Assembly (NCBI GenBank): GCA_023253175.1
Contig: JALRHH010000001.1
Span: 24,130 to 88,129 of the forward strand
DNA from: Candidatus Saccharimonadia bacterium
Lineage (GTDB): Bacteria > Patescibacteriota > Saccharimonadia > Saccharimonadales > JALRHH01
Reading direction: 5' to 3'
DNA length: 64,000 bases
Under the pieces are notes generated by a model, which saw only the letters and a program-made list of their open reading frames with translations, did no database searches and was not told the DNA's origin. Of the stretch, positions 19,812 through 31,411 are shown in pieces. The position numbers and the translations under genes are program-made. Position 1 is the stretch's first letter. Each line of letters opens with the position of its first letter.

Positions 19812-21449
19812 ATGAATAAAGTTGCTCATTATTTGCAGGAACACCTTATTGGTGAGGTTATGACTGCTGGGGATGCCCGTAAATATTTCTCAACTGATGC
19901 CAGTATTTTTACGATTCCACCAGCAATCGTGGTCTACCCCCGAAACGAAAATGATGTCCGTAAGGCTACTCGTTTTACATGGCAGCTTGCTGAACGTGGG
20001 CGTATTATCCCCATAACTGCTCGTGGTAGTGGAACTGATCAAAGTGGAGCCGCGATTGGGCCAGGTGTTATGATGGTGTTCCCGGCGCACATGAATCGAA
20101 TTCTAGAGTTTGACGGTAAGACAGGACTTGTTACGGTTGAGCCCGGTATCAATTACGCAAAGCTTCAGCAGACATTGCATACGCACAATCGATTTTTACC
20201 TCCATTTCCGGCTTCATTAGAATATTCGACAATTGGTGGCGCAATCGCCAACAACGCGTCAGGCGAGAAGAGTGTTAAATATGGTGATACGCGTACGTTC
20301 GTTGACTCACTGCGAGTTGTGCTCGCTAATGGTGAGGTAATTGAAACGAAACGCCTTAATAAGCGTGAACTTAGTAAAAAGTTAGGTCTTGCGACTTTTG
20401 AAGGTGAGATTTACCGAAATCTTGACACGCTTATTGATGAAAATAAGGCACTCCTTAAGAAGCTTGATCTTAAAACGACAAAGAACTCAGCTGGCTATGC
20501 ACTGCAAGAGGTACGCCGAAAGGATGGATCCTTTGATTTGACGCCGCTGATTGTCGGGTCTCAGGGTACGTTAGGTATCGTGACAGAGGCCACGCTTGGG
20601 ACCGAGGTCCATAGTCCTAATCAGACATTGATTGCAGCACTCATTGATGATCTCTCTGTGGCTGAGGAAGTTGTTGCTGAGCTGCGCAAGCTGCCGGAGA
20701 TGCCCAGTAGCATAGAAGTGGTGGATAAGAACCTATTAGAGTATGTTCAGACGCACAATCCAAACCAACTGAAGGGTATTTTAGCGACGCCATTCCCGCA
20801 GCTCGTAATGTTGATCGAGTTTGATAGTACGTCTGAGCGGACTCAGAAAAAGCTCGCGAAACGCGCGACGAAGATTTTAGATAGACATGAAGTAAGTTAT
20901 CAGCTTGAAACGGATGCGCAGAAACGCGACGAGTTATGGAAAATTCGCCACAGTGCGGCGGCGGTTATGGCACATTCCGATGATAAAACGCGCGCCTTGC
21001 CGATTATTGAAGACGGTGTAGTGCCGGTTGACCGATTTAAGGAATACATTGACGCTGTTTATGAACTGTTTAGTAAAAATGGTTTGCAGGCAGCTGTATG
21101 GGGTCATGCAGGTGACGCGAACCTACACGTCCAGCCATTTCTTGATCTTGGTCAGCTCGGTGATCGTCAAAAGATTTTTAAACTTCTCGATGAATACTAT
21201 GCAATGGTCATAAAACTTGGCGGTAGTACGAGCGGCGAACACAATGACGGGAGACTTCGCGGGCCGTATCTTGAAAAACTGTATGGTATTGAGGTGTACG
21301 ACTTGTTCCGTAAAGTGAAAGAAATATTTGATCCGTATTCAACGCTTAACAGTGGTGTGAAAATCGGTGTCACGATTAATGATATCAAGCCAATTTTACG
21401 AGAAGAGTATTCACTCGATCATCTATATGAACACATGCCACGATCATGA
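19812..21449 (+). CDS. FAD-linked oxidoreductase (GlcD/D-2-hydroxyacid dehydrogenase-like) without an Fe-S domain
   Basis: ARGSGTDQSG, TIGGAIANNASG, GSQGTLG, GHAGDANLH, GEHNDG. Confidence 0.9.
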   Translation: MNKVAHYLQEHLIGEVMTAGDARKYFSTDASIFTIPPAIVVYPRNENDVRKATRFTWQLAERGRIIPITARGSGTDQSGAAIGPGVMMVFPAHMNRILEFDGKTGLVTVEPGINYAKLQQTLHTHNRFLPPFPASLEYSTIGGAIANNASGEKSVKYGDTRTFVDSLRVVLANGEVIETKRLNKRELSKKLGLATFEGEIYRNLDTLIDENKALLKKLDLKTTKNSAGYALQEVRRKDGSFDLTPLIVGSQGTLGIVTEATLGTEVHSPNQTLIAALIDDLSVAEEVVAELRKLPEMPSSIEVVDKNLLEYVQTHNPNQLKGILATPFPQLVMLIEFDSTSERTQKKLAKRATKILDRHEVSYQLETDAQKRDELWKIRHSAAAVMAHSDDKTRALPIIEDGVVPVDRFKEYIDAVYELFSKNGLQAAVWGHAGDANLHVQPFLDLGQLGDRQKIFKLLDEYYAMVIKLGGSTSGEHNDGRLRGPYLEKLYGIEVYDLFRKVKEIFDPYSTLNSGVKIGVTINDIKPILREEYSLDHLYEHMPRS

Positions 21450-21718
21450 GCAGCGAACTTTTTTATAATATTGTCGGTATTCTTGGTGCGTCATTAATTT
21501 TACTTGGATTTTACAGGACCAGTATCGGAAAGTGGGAAAATAAATCCTTTGTATACGAGCTAGATAATCTTGTTGGTGCATCACTACTCATTATCTATCA
21601 GCTTCATTTGCAGGCCTATATTAGTGTTACACTGAACATTATCTGGGCATTTGTAGCATTTAGGGGCATCACATCCTTTGCACAGCGCTATTCGTTTGCA
21701 AAGAAAAAGCGGCGATAG
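21446..21718 (+). CDS. Small 3-TM membrane protein (CBU_0592-like)
   Basis: GILGASLILLGF...YELDNLVGA...LNIIW; ATGA overlap with the upstream gene. Confidence 0.75.
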   Translation: MSSELFYNIVGILGASLILLGFYRTSIGKWENKSFVYELDNLVGASLLIIYQLHLQAYISVTLNIIWAFVAFRGITSFAQRYSFAKKKRR

Positions 21719-21771
21719 GGTCTTGTGTTTTCTCTGTAAAATGCTAATATATCAAGGTTCATTAAAAATAT

Positions 21772-21856
21772 GCGGACGTGGTGAAATTGGTATACACGCT
21801 ACCTTGAGGTGGTAGTGCCGCAAGGTGTGGAGGTTCAAGTCCTCTCGTCCGCACCA
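21772..21856 (+). tRNA. tRNA-Leu(GAG)
   Basis: CTACC-TTGAGGT-GGTAG anticodon arm, long variable arm, CCA. Confidence 0.97.
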
Positions 21857-21862
21857 GAGTAT

Positions 21863-21939
21863 GGGTGATTAGCTCAGTTGGCTAGAGCACCTCGTTTACA
21901 CCGAGGGGGTCGGGGGTTCGAATCCCTCATCACCCACCA
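21863..21939 (+). tRNA. tRNA-Val(TAC)
   Basis: CCTCG-TTTACAC-CGAGG; GGTTCGAATCC; CCA; terminator 21937-21976. Confidence 0.97.
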
Positions 21940-22050
21940 TAATAAGAAGGTCCTTTTCGGGGCCTTTTTATTATGGCTTACAGAATCGTTAAATACCTAA
22001 CTACATAGTAGGAAGCAGTTTGCGATACTGTATCCGAAGAAAGGGGAGTC

Positions 22051-22416
22051 ATGAATCCACAAGATTTGCTGAAACAAGCTGCGAATAACCTGCGGCAAGC
22101 TGCTCAGGCGAGACAACAAGAAGTAAACGAATTGCAGAATACTTTGACGCAGCGTTTAAAGGACCAGGAAGCGCAGTTAAATGATCTTAAGCAGCAAGAG
22201 GCGCAAAGGCTTACGGAAGCTGCAGAGGCAGATGATGACAGAACGACGGCCAATAGGAACCAGGAAGCCCGAATGTTACGTAGCCAAGAGTCCCAAGTCA
22301 AAAGTACCCATGATCAAATGAAGCGTGACACTGATCAGCTTATAAAAATGAAACGTCAAAACGTTGATGACATCAATCGGGTGCTTCAAAGTGTAGAGCA
22401 GTGGTCGCAGATGTGA
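22051..22416 (+). CDS. Gln-rich coiled-coil hypothetical protein
   Basis: GGGGAG SD, upstream GATACT -10-like element, helical heptad composition. Confidence 0.75.
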   Translation: MNPQDLLKQAANNLRQAAQARQQEVNELQNTLTQRLKDQEAQLNDLKQQEAQRLTEAAEADDDRTTANRNQEARMLRSQESQVKSTHDQMKRDTDQLIKMKRQNVDDINRVLQSVEQWSQM

Positions 22417-22470
22417 TGACCCTTGATGGAATAGGGATTTTAAGGTAAAATTGCTCGGTCAACTAGTAGC

Positions 22471-22546
22471 GGCTCTTTAGCTCAGTTGGTAGAGCATCGG
22501 ATTGAAGCTCCGTGTGTCCCCAGTTCGAGTCTGGGAGGAGCCACCA
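22471..22546 (+). tRNA. tRNA-Phe(GAA)
   Basis: CGGA-TTGAAGC-TCCG; CCA; terminator 22544-22585. Confidence 0.96.
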
Positions 22547-22704
22547 AGAAAAAAGCCTCAGCCAAAGCTGAGGCTTTTTTCTTGGTTGTTTCCGGGAACT
22601 ATATTAGCGCTTAACTTTGTCTTACGAACAGCCTTGTTAAATATGTCACAGTAGACAATACTGAGAGGGATTACTATACGTTACAAATTACCCGAAGGAT
22701 TGTT

Positions 22705-24096
22705 ATGCAGAATATATACCAAAGAATAAAAAACGTGCTACAGAGCCATAGGAAATTGATTAGCTTTGGCACCATTGGCGTAGCCTTAGTAGCCGGTGTG
22801 CTAATTATGCTGTTTGATAATAGAACAGACGAAGTAGACAACGCGCCCCCTAAACCTACCTTCCAGAATTATCTAAAGCCAGCCGGAGAGATTAAGGTTG
22901 GTAGTAATCGCTATGTGAGTGCCTGTCAGGTGCTAAACCCAGATGATGTTAAGTCTATATTTAACAGTATGGGCGAAGACGGATATATAAGAGAAGACTA
23001 TTATGATACAAGTCCTACCCCAACAGATACATTGGATAGCGGAATTGAGACAAATTGTTATTACATGGGCGAAAATGATAATAATATCTCTCTGAAGACC
23101 GAACAGTCCTTTGAAGCCCTGAACACTAGAAACCTAAGATCTATTGTCTATTCATTTGGAGAGGACAAGATAGCGGATAAAATCAAACTGTATGAAAAAG
23201 CGACTGCTAATAGTAATGATAGCGGTTTAAAACAGTTTATTGCGACCCTAAAGCAGTCAGCAGAAATTTACGATAAACATAGGTCATATGATTCCCGTGA
23301 ACAGGCTGATCTGAGTAATTTCGTCATCCCGATTGATAGGGGACTATTCTCGTTTAATCTTGTGCAGGATAACGCAGTCTATAAGTTTGACTACACAATA
23401 AAAGATGCTGGTGAGGATGAATTTAACCTTTCTGACCAAGAAATAGAAGCAAGACTTAAAAAATCTGCAAAAGCTATCAAGGTGATTCAGCAAAGAATTG
23501 CTGACACCCATCTCGACCAGTCACCTACTCCAACAATTTTAGGCGACACAGAGAAGGTTGGTACTACGAAGGTGCTAGAACCCTGTGCAATCTTAACTGC
23601 GCAGCTATACCAATCTGTCATTGGTTCGCCAGCAAATGATGCAACCACTCGAATGACAGTCAACCCCGATATTACGAAAGAACGGTTTGCTACGGCAACC
23701 GGTGAGCCACGATATCCGTATAATCAGTGTCGCCGAGATGGTGGAGTCGGTGATATCTTTAAGGGCTCAGCACGCGTCTCAACAATTGTTACTTTAGATT
23801 TGAATTACAATCCATCTTCAGAAGGCTTACAGGCAAAGCTTGATAAAGGTTTTAAGTTTAATGGTAATGACAAGCTGCTTCAGACAAATGCTGATTGGGC
23901 TGCGCACATGAACGTAGATGCTGAAGCAGGCGGGTATATTAAATTCCGAGTCGGCGCTTATTCTGGTTCAATAGATATACATCGTCTTACTACCCAGGGA
24001 TTTTTGGGTAAACAAATATCAACAGGTGGTACAGAGCAGCAATATCTGCAACTTGTAAATGCGGTAGCAGATTACATCAAGCAACAAGCCAAGTAG
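22705..24096 (+). CDS. TM-anchored extracellular protein with two DUF3558-like repeats
   Basis: N-terminal TM; SACQVLNPDDV...NCYY and EPCAILTAQLY...QCRR repeat units. Confidence 0.7.
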   Translation: MQNIYQRIKNVLQSHRKLISFGTIGVALVAGVLIMLFDNRTDEVDNAPPKPTFQNYLKPAGEIKVGSNRYVSACQVLNPDDVKSIFNSMGEDGYIREDYYDTSPTPTDTLDSGIETNCYYMGENDNNISLKTEQSFEALNTRNLRSIVYSFGEDKIADKIKLYEKATANSNDSGLKQFIATLKQSAEIYDKHRSYDSREQADLSNFVIPIDRGLFSFNLVQDNAVYKFDYTIKDAGEDEFNLSDQEIEARLKKSAKAIKVIQQRIADTHLDQSPTPTILGDTEKVGTTKVLEPCAILTAQLYQSVIGSPANDATTRMTVNPDITKERFATATGEPRYPYNQCRRDGGVGDIFKGSARVSTIVTLDLNYNPSSEGLQAKLDKGFKFNGNDKLLQTNADWAAHMNVDAEAGGYIKFRVGAYSGSIDIHRLTTQGFLGKQISTGGTEQQYLQLVNAVADYIKQQAK

Positions 24097-24154
24097 TAGC
24101 TGTACTTATTTACTTGCAAAATTTCAATCTGTTATTTATAATTTTGCGAGTTAA

Positions 24155-24230
24155 GCGAGACTAGCTCAGTTGATAGAGCGCTTCCTTGCCAAGGAAGAGG
24201 CCAGGGGTTTGAGTCCCCTGTCTCGCACCA
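24155..24230 (+). tRNA. tRNA-Gly(GCC)
   Basis: CTTCC-TTGCCAA-GGAAG; acceptor GCGAGAC/GTCTCGC; CCA; A19/U56 variant. Confidence 0.95.
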
Positions 24231-24279
24231 AATTGCACTTTGGAGTCCATTCTGGGCTCTTTTTAGTTGGTGTTACTTG

Positions 24280-24873
24280 CTACTTGGCTCTCAGCAATGA
24301 CTGGCCTTTATGGTTTACTAAAATATGTGTATTAAGATATGTAATTACAGGCTTAAAACTATTTTGAACCTCATTGAAAAATGGCTCAGCATTAATGTCT
24401 TCAGTGGCACCTACAATTCGCTGGAACTCGGACAAGAATAACTCTCTTATAGCAGGAGATTCAATTGGGTCGTGGCTTTTCTGATCCTCTCTCGCTAGAC
24501 GGGAGTAGGTGTCATTGAGGTGTGTGTTGTAATACTCGTAGGTTCGAGCCGAAAAACCATCCTCCATAGAGAAATCACAGACACTTGTAGTAAGTGGCTT
24601 CATGGTAATCTGTCCGGCTGCACGATACCCATAACGTGCTTCAATTTCGTGGTAGAGGAATGAATGGAGTGTGTGCCGTACAAGCATCCGAATGCAGTCA
24701 GGCTCAGTGGAGTGGAGTGCTTGTTCTAGGGTGGCCGCCGAGCTTGCACTATAATGTGCTGCGAGTTTCATCATAGAAGTATCTACTGCTTTTGCTTGCC
24801 GAACCATAAGCATGACTAAATCGGCTTCCATTACCTTTGGGTGGATTTTATGCTTGCGTTTGAATAAACCCAT
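24280..24873 (-). CDS. Hypothetical protein
   Basis: Start MGLFKRKHK 6 nt after TATAAT; no recognisable motif. Confidence 0.65.
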   Translation of the reverse strand: MGLFKRKHKIHPKVMEADLVMLMVRQAKAVDTSMMKLAAHYSASSAATLEQALHSTEPDCIRMLVRHTLHSFLYHEIEARYGYRAAGQITMKPLTTSVCDFSMEDGFSARTYEYYNTHLNDTYSRLAREDQKSHDPIESPAIRELFLSEFQRIVGATEDINAEPFFNEVQNSFKPVITYLNTHILVNHKGQSLLRAK

Positions 24874-25102
24874 GCAATTATTATATATCACGGAATATGA
24901 GTACTTTTTGATGTAAGTTGTCATAGTTTCATGAATGACAAGTCCCGTAAATGCACCTTGCTTACGCAGAACTTACAGCCGACAAATAATAATTTCTGTA
25001 AGGTATTTAGCGGCACCAGTCCATGTATACTGCTATATTTTTGTGTGATGTCGCGCCGATCGCAGACATGCTTCGATATTAAGGCCACTCAAAGGGAATA
25101 TA

Positions 25103-25648
25103 ATGACGATACACTTTGAACTCATTAGAGGCGAGGCTCATACAGATGAGATGAGCCAACGAATAGCGCAGTTATCCATAAGAGCTGCTGAGTTCCTGGG
25201 CGGTCTTGCTAAGAACTATATGCCGAAGAGTTCCGCTGATCTCGTTGAGGAGCGTATACAAAATTTTCCAGTTGATGAAGTAGAGCAGGCAGAAAAGGCC
25301 ATAAAGGCCAGCGGCAGGGCATTGAATGATGCGATTGCATTAGCAGCCGCTGCTCAGCTGTTAGATAGCAAGAAAGAGGCTGAGAAATCTGCTGAAAAAA
25401 GGCATGAAGCCAAAATTTTTCGTAATATTGGCTATGGGATGATGAAACGAGCGGTTATTAGAGCGGCAACAGATGCAGAGTATGTGGGACGAGTGCCAGT
25501 TACTGTTATTAAAGAAGCGGTCGAAAGATCTATAGATCTCGGGGCTGACCCTAATCTGCAGGGATTTATGACAGCCGATGAGGTAGAGCAATTCAGCAAG
25601 GTTTACGAGAGGATCGATAAAATTACTGTATTGCCAGCAGCAAAATAG
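25103..25648 (+). CDS. Hypothetical helical protein
   Basis: AAAGGGA SD; 181-aa ORF filling the space between tRNA genes. Confidence 0.7.
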   Translation: MTIHFELIRGEAHTDEMSQRIAQLSIRAAEFLGGLAKNYMPKSSADLVEERIQNFPVDEVEQAEKAIKASGRALNDAIALAAAAQLLDSKKEAEKSAEKRHEAKIFRNIGYGMMKRAVIRAATDAEYVGRVPVTVIKEAVERSIDLGADPNLQGFMTADEVEQFSKVYERIDKITVLPAAK

Positions 25649-25685
25649 GCTATAATCACACGGTACCTCATGGTATTACCTGTAA

Positions 25686-25759
25686 GGCGCCTTGGCCGAG
25701 AAGTTAGGCAACGGTCTGCAAAACCGTGTAGACGGGAGCGTTACCCGTAGGTGCCTCCA
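25686..25759 (+). tRNA. tRNA-Cys(GCA) with non-canonical T-loop
   Basis: ACGGT-CTGCAAA-ACCGT; acceptor GGCGCCT/AGGTGCC; U73-CCA; T-arm ACGGG-AGCGTTA-CCCGT. Confidence 0.92.
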
Positions 25760-25847
25760 TTTTTCTTTAGGGAAAAGAGCAGCTGGAGACGCGGATTTAC
25801 TCCGCGCCCCGAGCGATGAAAAAACCATAGGTTTATCTCATCACCTA

Positions 25848-25935
25848 GGGCGAGTGGCGGAATTGGTATACGCGGTGGACTTAAAATCCGCTGGTTGAAC
25901 AAACCTTGAGGGTTCAAGTCCCTCCTCGCCCACCA
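25848..25935 (+). tRNA. tRNA-Leu(TAA)
   Basis: GTGGA-CTTAAAA-TCCGC; long variable arm; CCA; terminator AACTCCC-GAAA-GGGAGTTTTTT. Confidence 0.97.
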
Positions 25936-26059
25936 CTGAATGAACTCCCGAAAGGGAGTTTTTTCTATTTAGTGAACCGACTATTTTTATGTATAAATAC
26001 TGCTCTGCTTCGCTGGAAATGGTATAATAATAGGTACAAATGAATAGGAGAATTCTGAA

Positions 26060-26614
26060 ATGGGTCTATTAATTACTCTTGGTGTTGTCGTTGTCCTAGT
26101 GATTGCACTCGTTGCACTATATAACGGTTTAGTTCGTGCAAAAGTTCGTGTTGATGAAGCGTGGAGTGATATTACGGTTCAGCTTAAGAGGCGCCTTGAT
26201 TTAATTCCTAACCTGATTGAATCAGTTAAGGGTTATGCAAAGCACGAAAGTGAAGTTTTCCAGAATGTTACCGAAGCACGTGCTAACGCTTTGAACGCAC
26301 AAGGTGTCAAAGAAACTGCTCAGGCGGAAAACCAATTCGAACAAGCGCTTAAAAGTCTGTTCGCTGTATCAGAGGCATACCCACAGCTCCGTGCAACAGA
26401 AAACTTTCAGCAGCTTCAGGCTGAACTTGTTGATACTGAGGACAAGATTCAAGCAGCTCGCCGATTCTACAACGGTTCAGCGCGTGATCTGAACATCAAG
26501 ATCAAAACCTTCCCAAACATTTTGTTTGCTGGACCTCTTGGATTCAAGGAGCGGGAATTCTTCGAAGTTGAAGATATGGCTGCGGTTGAGAAGCCGGTTG
26601 AAGTTAAATTTTAG
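26060..26614 (+). CDS. lemA: LemA family protein
   Basis: YNGLV..AWSDITVQLKRRLDLIPNL..EAYPQLRA..ARRFYN. Confidence 0.96.
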   Translation: MGLLITLGVVVVLVIALVALYNGLVRAKVRVDEAWSDITVQLKRRLDLIPNLIESVKGYAKHESEVFQNVTEARANALNAQGVKETAQAENQFEQALKSLFAVSEAYPQLRATENFQQLQAELVDTEDKIQAARRFYNGSARDLNIKIKTFPNILFAGPLGFKEREFFEVEDMAAVEKPVEVKF

Positions 26615-26623
26615 GAGACAATA

Positions 26624-27508
26624 GTGTATTCGGAAATTGCCGCTAATAAGCGCAAGACCTTTTTTATCTTTGTGGGATTTCTGGTTTTTGTCTTTGGTTT
26701 ATCATGGATTGCAGGCGCCTTTATGACCGGTGGTGATGGCTATACACCCGTCATAACTATAGGATTTTTTGTCGGTTCAATTATTTACGCGCTTATTACG
26801 TATTTTGGTGGTGCAAAGCTCGCTACCGCAGTAAATGGCGCCCGTGAAATTGAGAAAAGAGACAATCCCCGTCTCTATCGTACTGTAGAGAACTTGGCTA
26901 TCACGGAAGGAATGCCGATGCCAAAAGTTTATATCATGGACGATCCTGCGTTGAATGCATTTGCAACGGGCCGTGACCCTAAGCATGCCATCGTCTGTGC
27001 TACAACGGGAATATTGGACGCTTTGAATGACCAGGAGCTTGAAGGGGTTATGGCGCATGAACTAGGTCACGTTAAGAATTATGACATTCGTGTTTCAATG
27101 TTCGCATTCGGACTTGTGTCTGTGGTTTCTCTCATTGCGGATCTTATCCTACATTTTGCATTTTTCTCTGATGATGACAATAAAAATCCTCTTGTTTATG
27201 TGCTTGGTTTCGTTGCTGCACTTATCGCACCTCTGGCTGCTTCATTCATACAGCTAGCGATATCAAGGCGCAGAGAGTACTTGGCTGATGCCACGGGCGC
27301 CTTAACTACGCGCTATCCAGAAGGTCTCGCGAGTGCTCTGGAAAAGATTAGCCAGCAGGGCAGTGCAACACGTCGTGCCAATAGCTCAACTGCGCACCTA
27401 TTCTTTGCAAACCCCCTAAAAGGTGGCTCTATAGCTGGGCTATTTAGTACACACCCGCCAATTGAAGAGCGAATCGCCCGTCTGCGAAAAATGGGCGACG
27501 CAGCTTAG
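26624..27508 (+). CDS. htpX: Zinc metalloprotease HtpX (M48)
   Basis: NAFATG, AHELGH, SRRREYLAD, FSTHPP. Confidence 0.95.
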   Translation: MYSEIAANKRKTFFIFVGFLVFVFGLSWIAGAFMTGGDGYTPVITIGFFVGSIIYALITYFGGAKLATAVNGAREIEKRDNPRLYRTVENLAITEGMPMPKVYIMDDPALNAFATGRDPKHAIVCATTGILDALNDQELEGVMAHELGHVKNYDIRVSMFAFGLVSVVSLIADLILHFAFFSDDDNKNPLVYVLGFVAALIAPLAASFIQLAISRRREYLADATGALTTRYPEGLASALEKISQQGSATRRANSSTAHLFFANPLKGGSIAGLFSTHPPIEERIARLRKMGDAA

Positions 27509-27527
27509 ATAGGAGGAAACAAGATCA

Positions 27528-30921
<3,394 letters not shown>

Positions 30922-30959
30922 TCCTTGACGTTGCATGCATCAGGCATTATGCTTAAGGT

Positions 30960-31066
30960 AATCGTGCGCAATTGCGGCGAAATAAACACTTCAAAATAAA
31001 AAGCGTTCACCCGCCGCAGGGTGGGCGCGCACGAAATAAAACCATCTGTTAATCGGGTGGTTTTAT
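30960..31066 (+). ncRNA. Putative standalone structured small RNA of unknown family
   Basis: TTGACG-17-TATGCT promoter, nested 8-bp stems, own terminator 31036-31066. Confidence 0.6.
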
Positions 31067-31102
31067 GTTTGTTAGTGGCATGCTACAATCATCAGGTATT
31101 TC

Positions 31103-31179
31103 GGGGCATTGGCGCAGTTGGCTAGCGCGCTTCCATGGCATGGAAGAGGTCAAGGGTTCGAATCCCTTATGCTCCACCA
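31103..31179 (+). tRNA. tRNA-Ala(GGC)
   Basis: CTTCC-ATGGCAT-GGAAG; G3-U70; CCA; terminator 31179-31216. Confidence 0.97.
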
Positions 31180-31339
31180 TATAAAATGCCTCGGCCTTGG
31201 TCGGGGTATTTTATATGATTGAAGTTATGAGAACCCGCAAGGCAAAGCCTGGGTTCGATAGCAAGGAGCTCACGCAGGTGCTCGCACCGAGTAAGTGACG
31301 CAGGTATATAGAATAATCCTTTATGCTCCACCATATAAA
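31161..31339 (+). repeat. Duplication of the tRNA-Ala 3' end (25 bp, 154-bp period)
   Basis: AATCCCTTATGCTCCACCATATAAA (31161-31185) vs AATCCTTTATGCTCCACCATATAAA (31315-31339). Confidence 0.9.
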
Positions 31340-31411
31340 GAATCCATCGAAAGATGGGTTTTTTGTTTGCTTCAAATTGCACCGTTGGCGAGAATAAGGT
31401 TTAATACCTGT

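Noticed and set aside
24170-24367. ORFs overlapping tRNA genes (also 17389 and 25692)
   Set aside because: Translations of tRNA and terminator sequence
24918-25005. Short inverted repeats TTGTCAT..ATGACAA and CTTACAG..CTGTAAG
   Set aside because: 7-bp arms with long spacers in AT-rich DNA; possible operators but not distinguishable from chance
25790-25806. CGCGG-ATTTACT-CCGCG as a suppressor (UUA) anticodon arm
   Set aside because: No acceptor stem, T-arm or CCA around it
31161-31339. Two-unit repeat as a CRISPR array
   Set aside because: Only two copies, a 129-bp spacer, the repeat is a tRNA 3' end, and no cas genes
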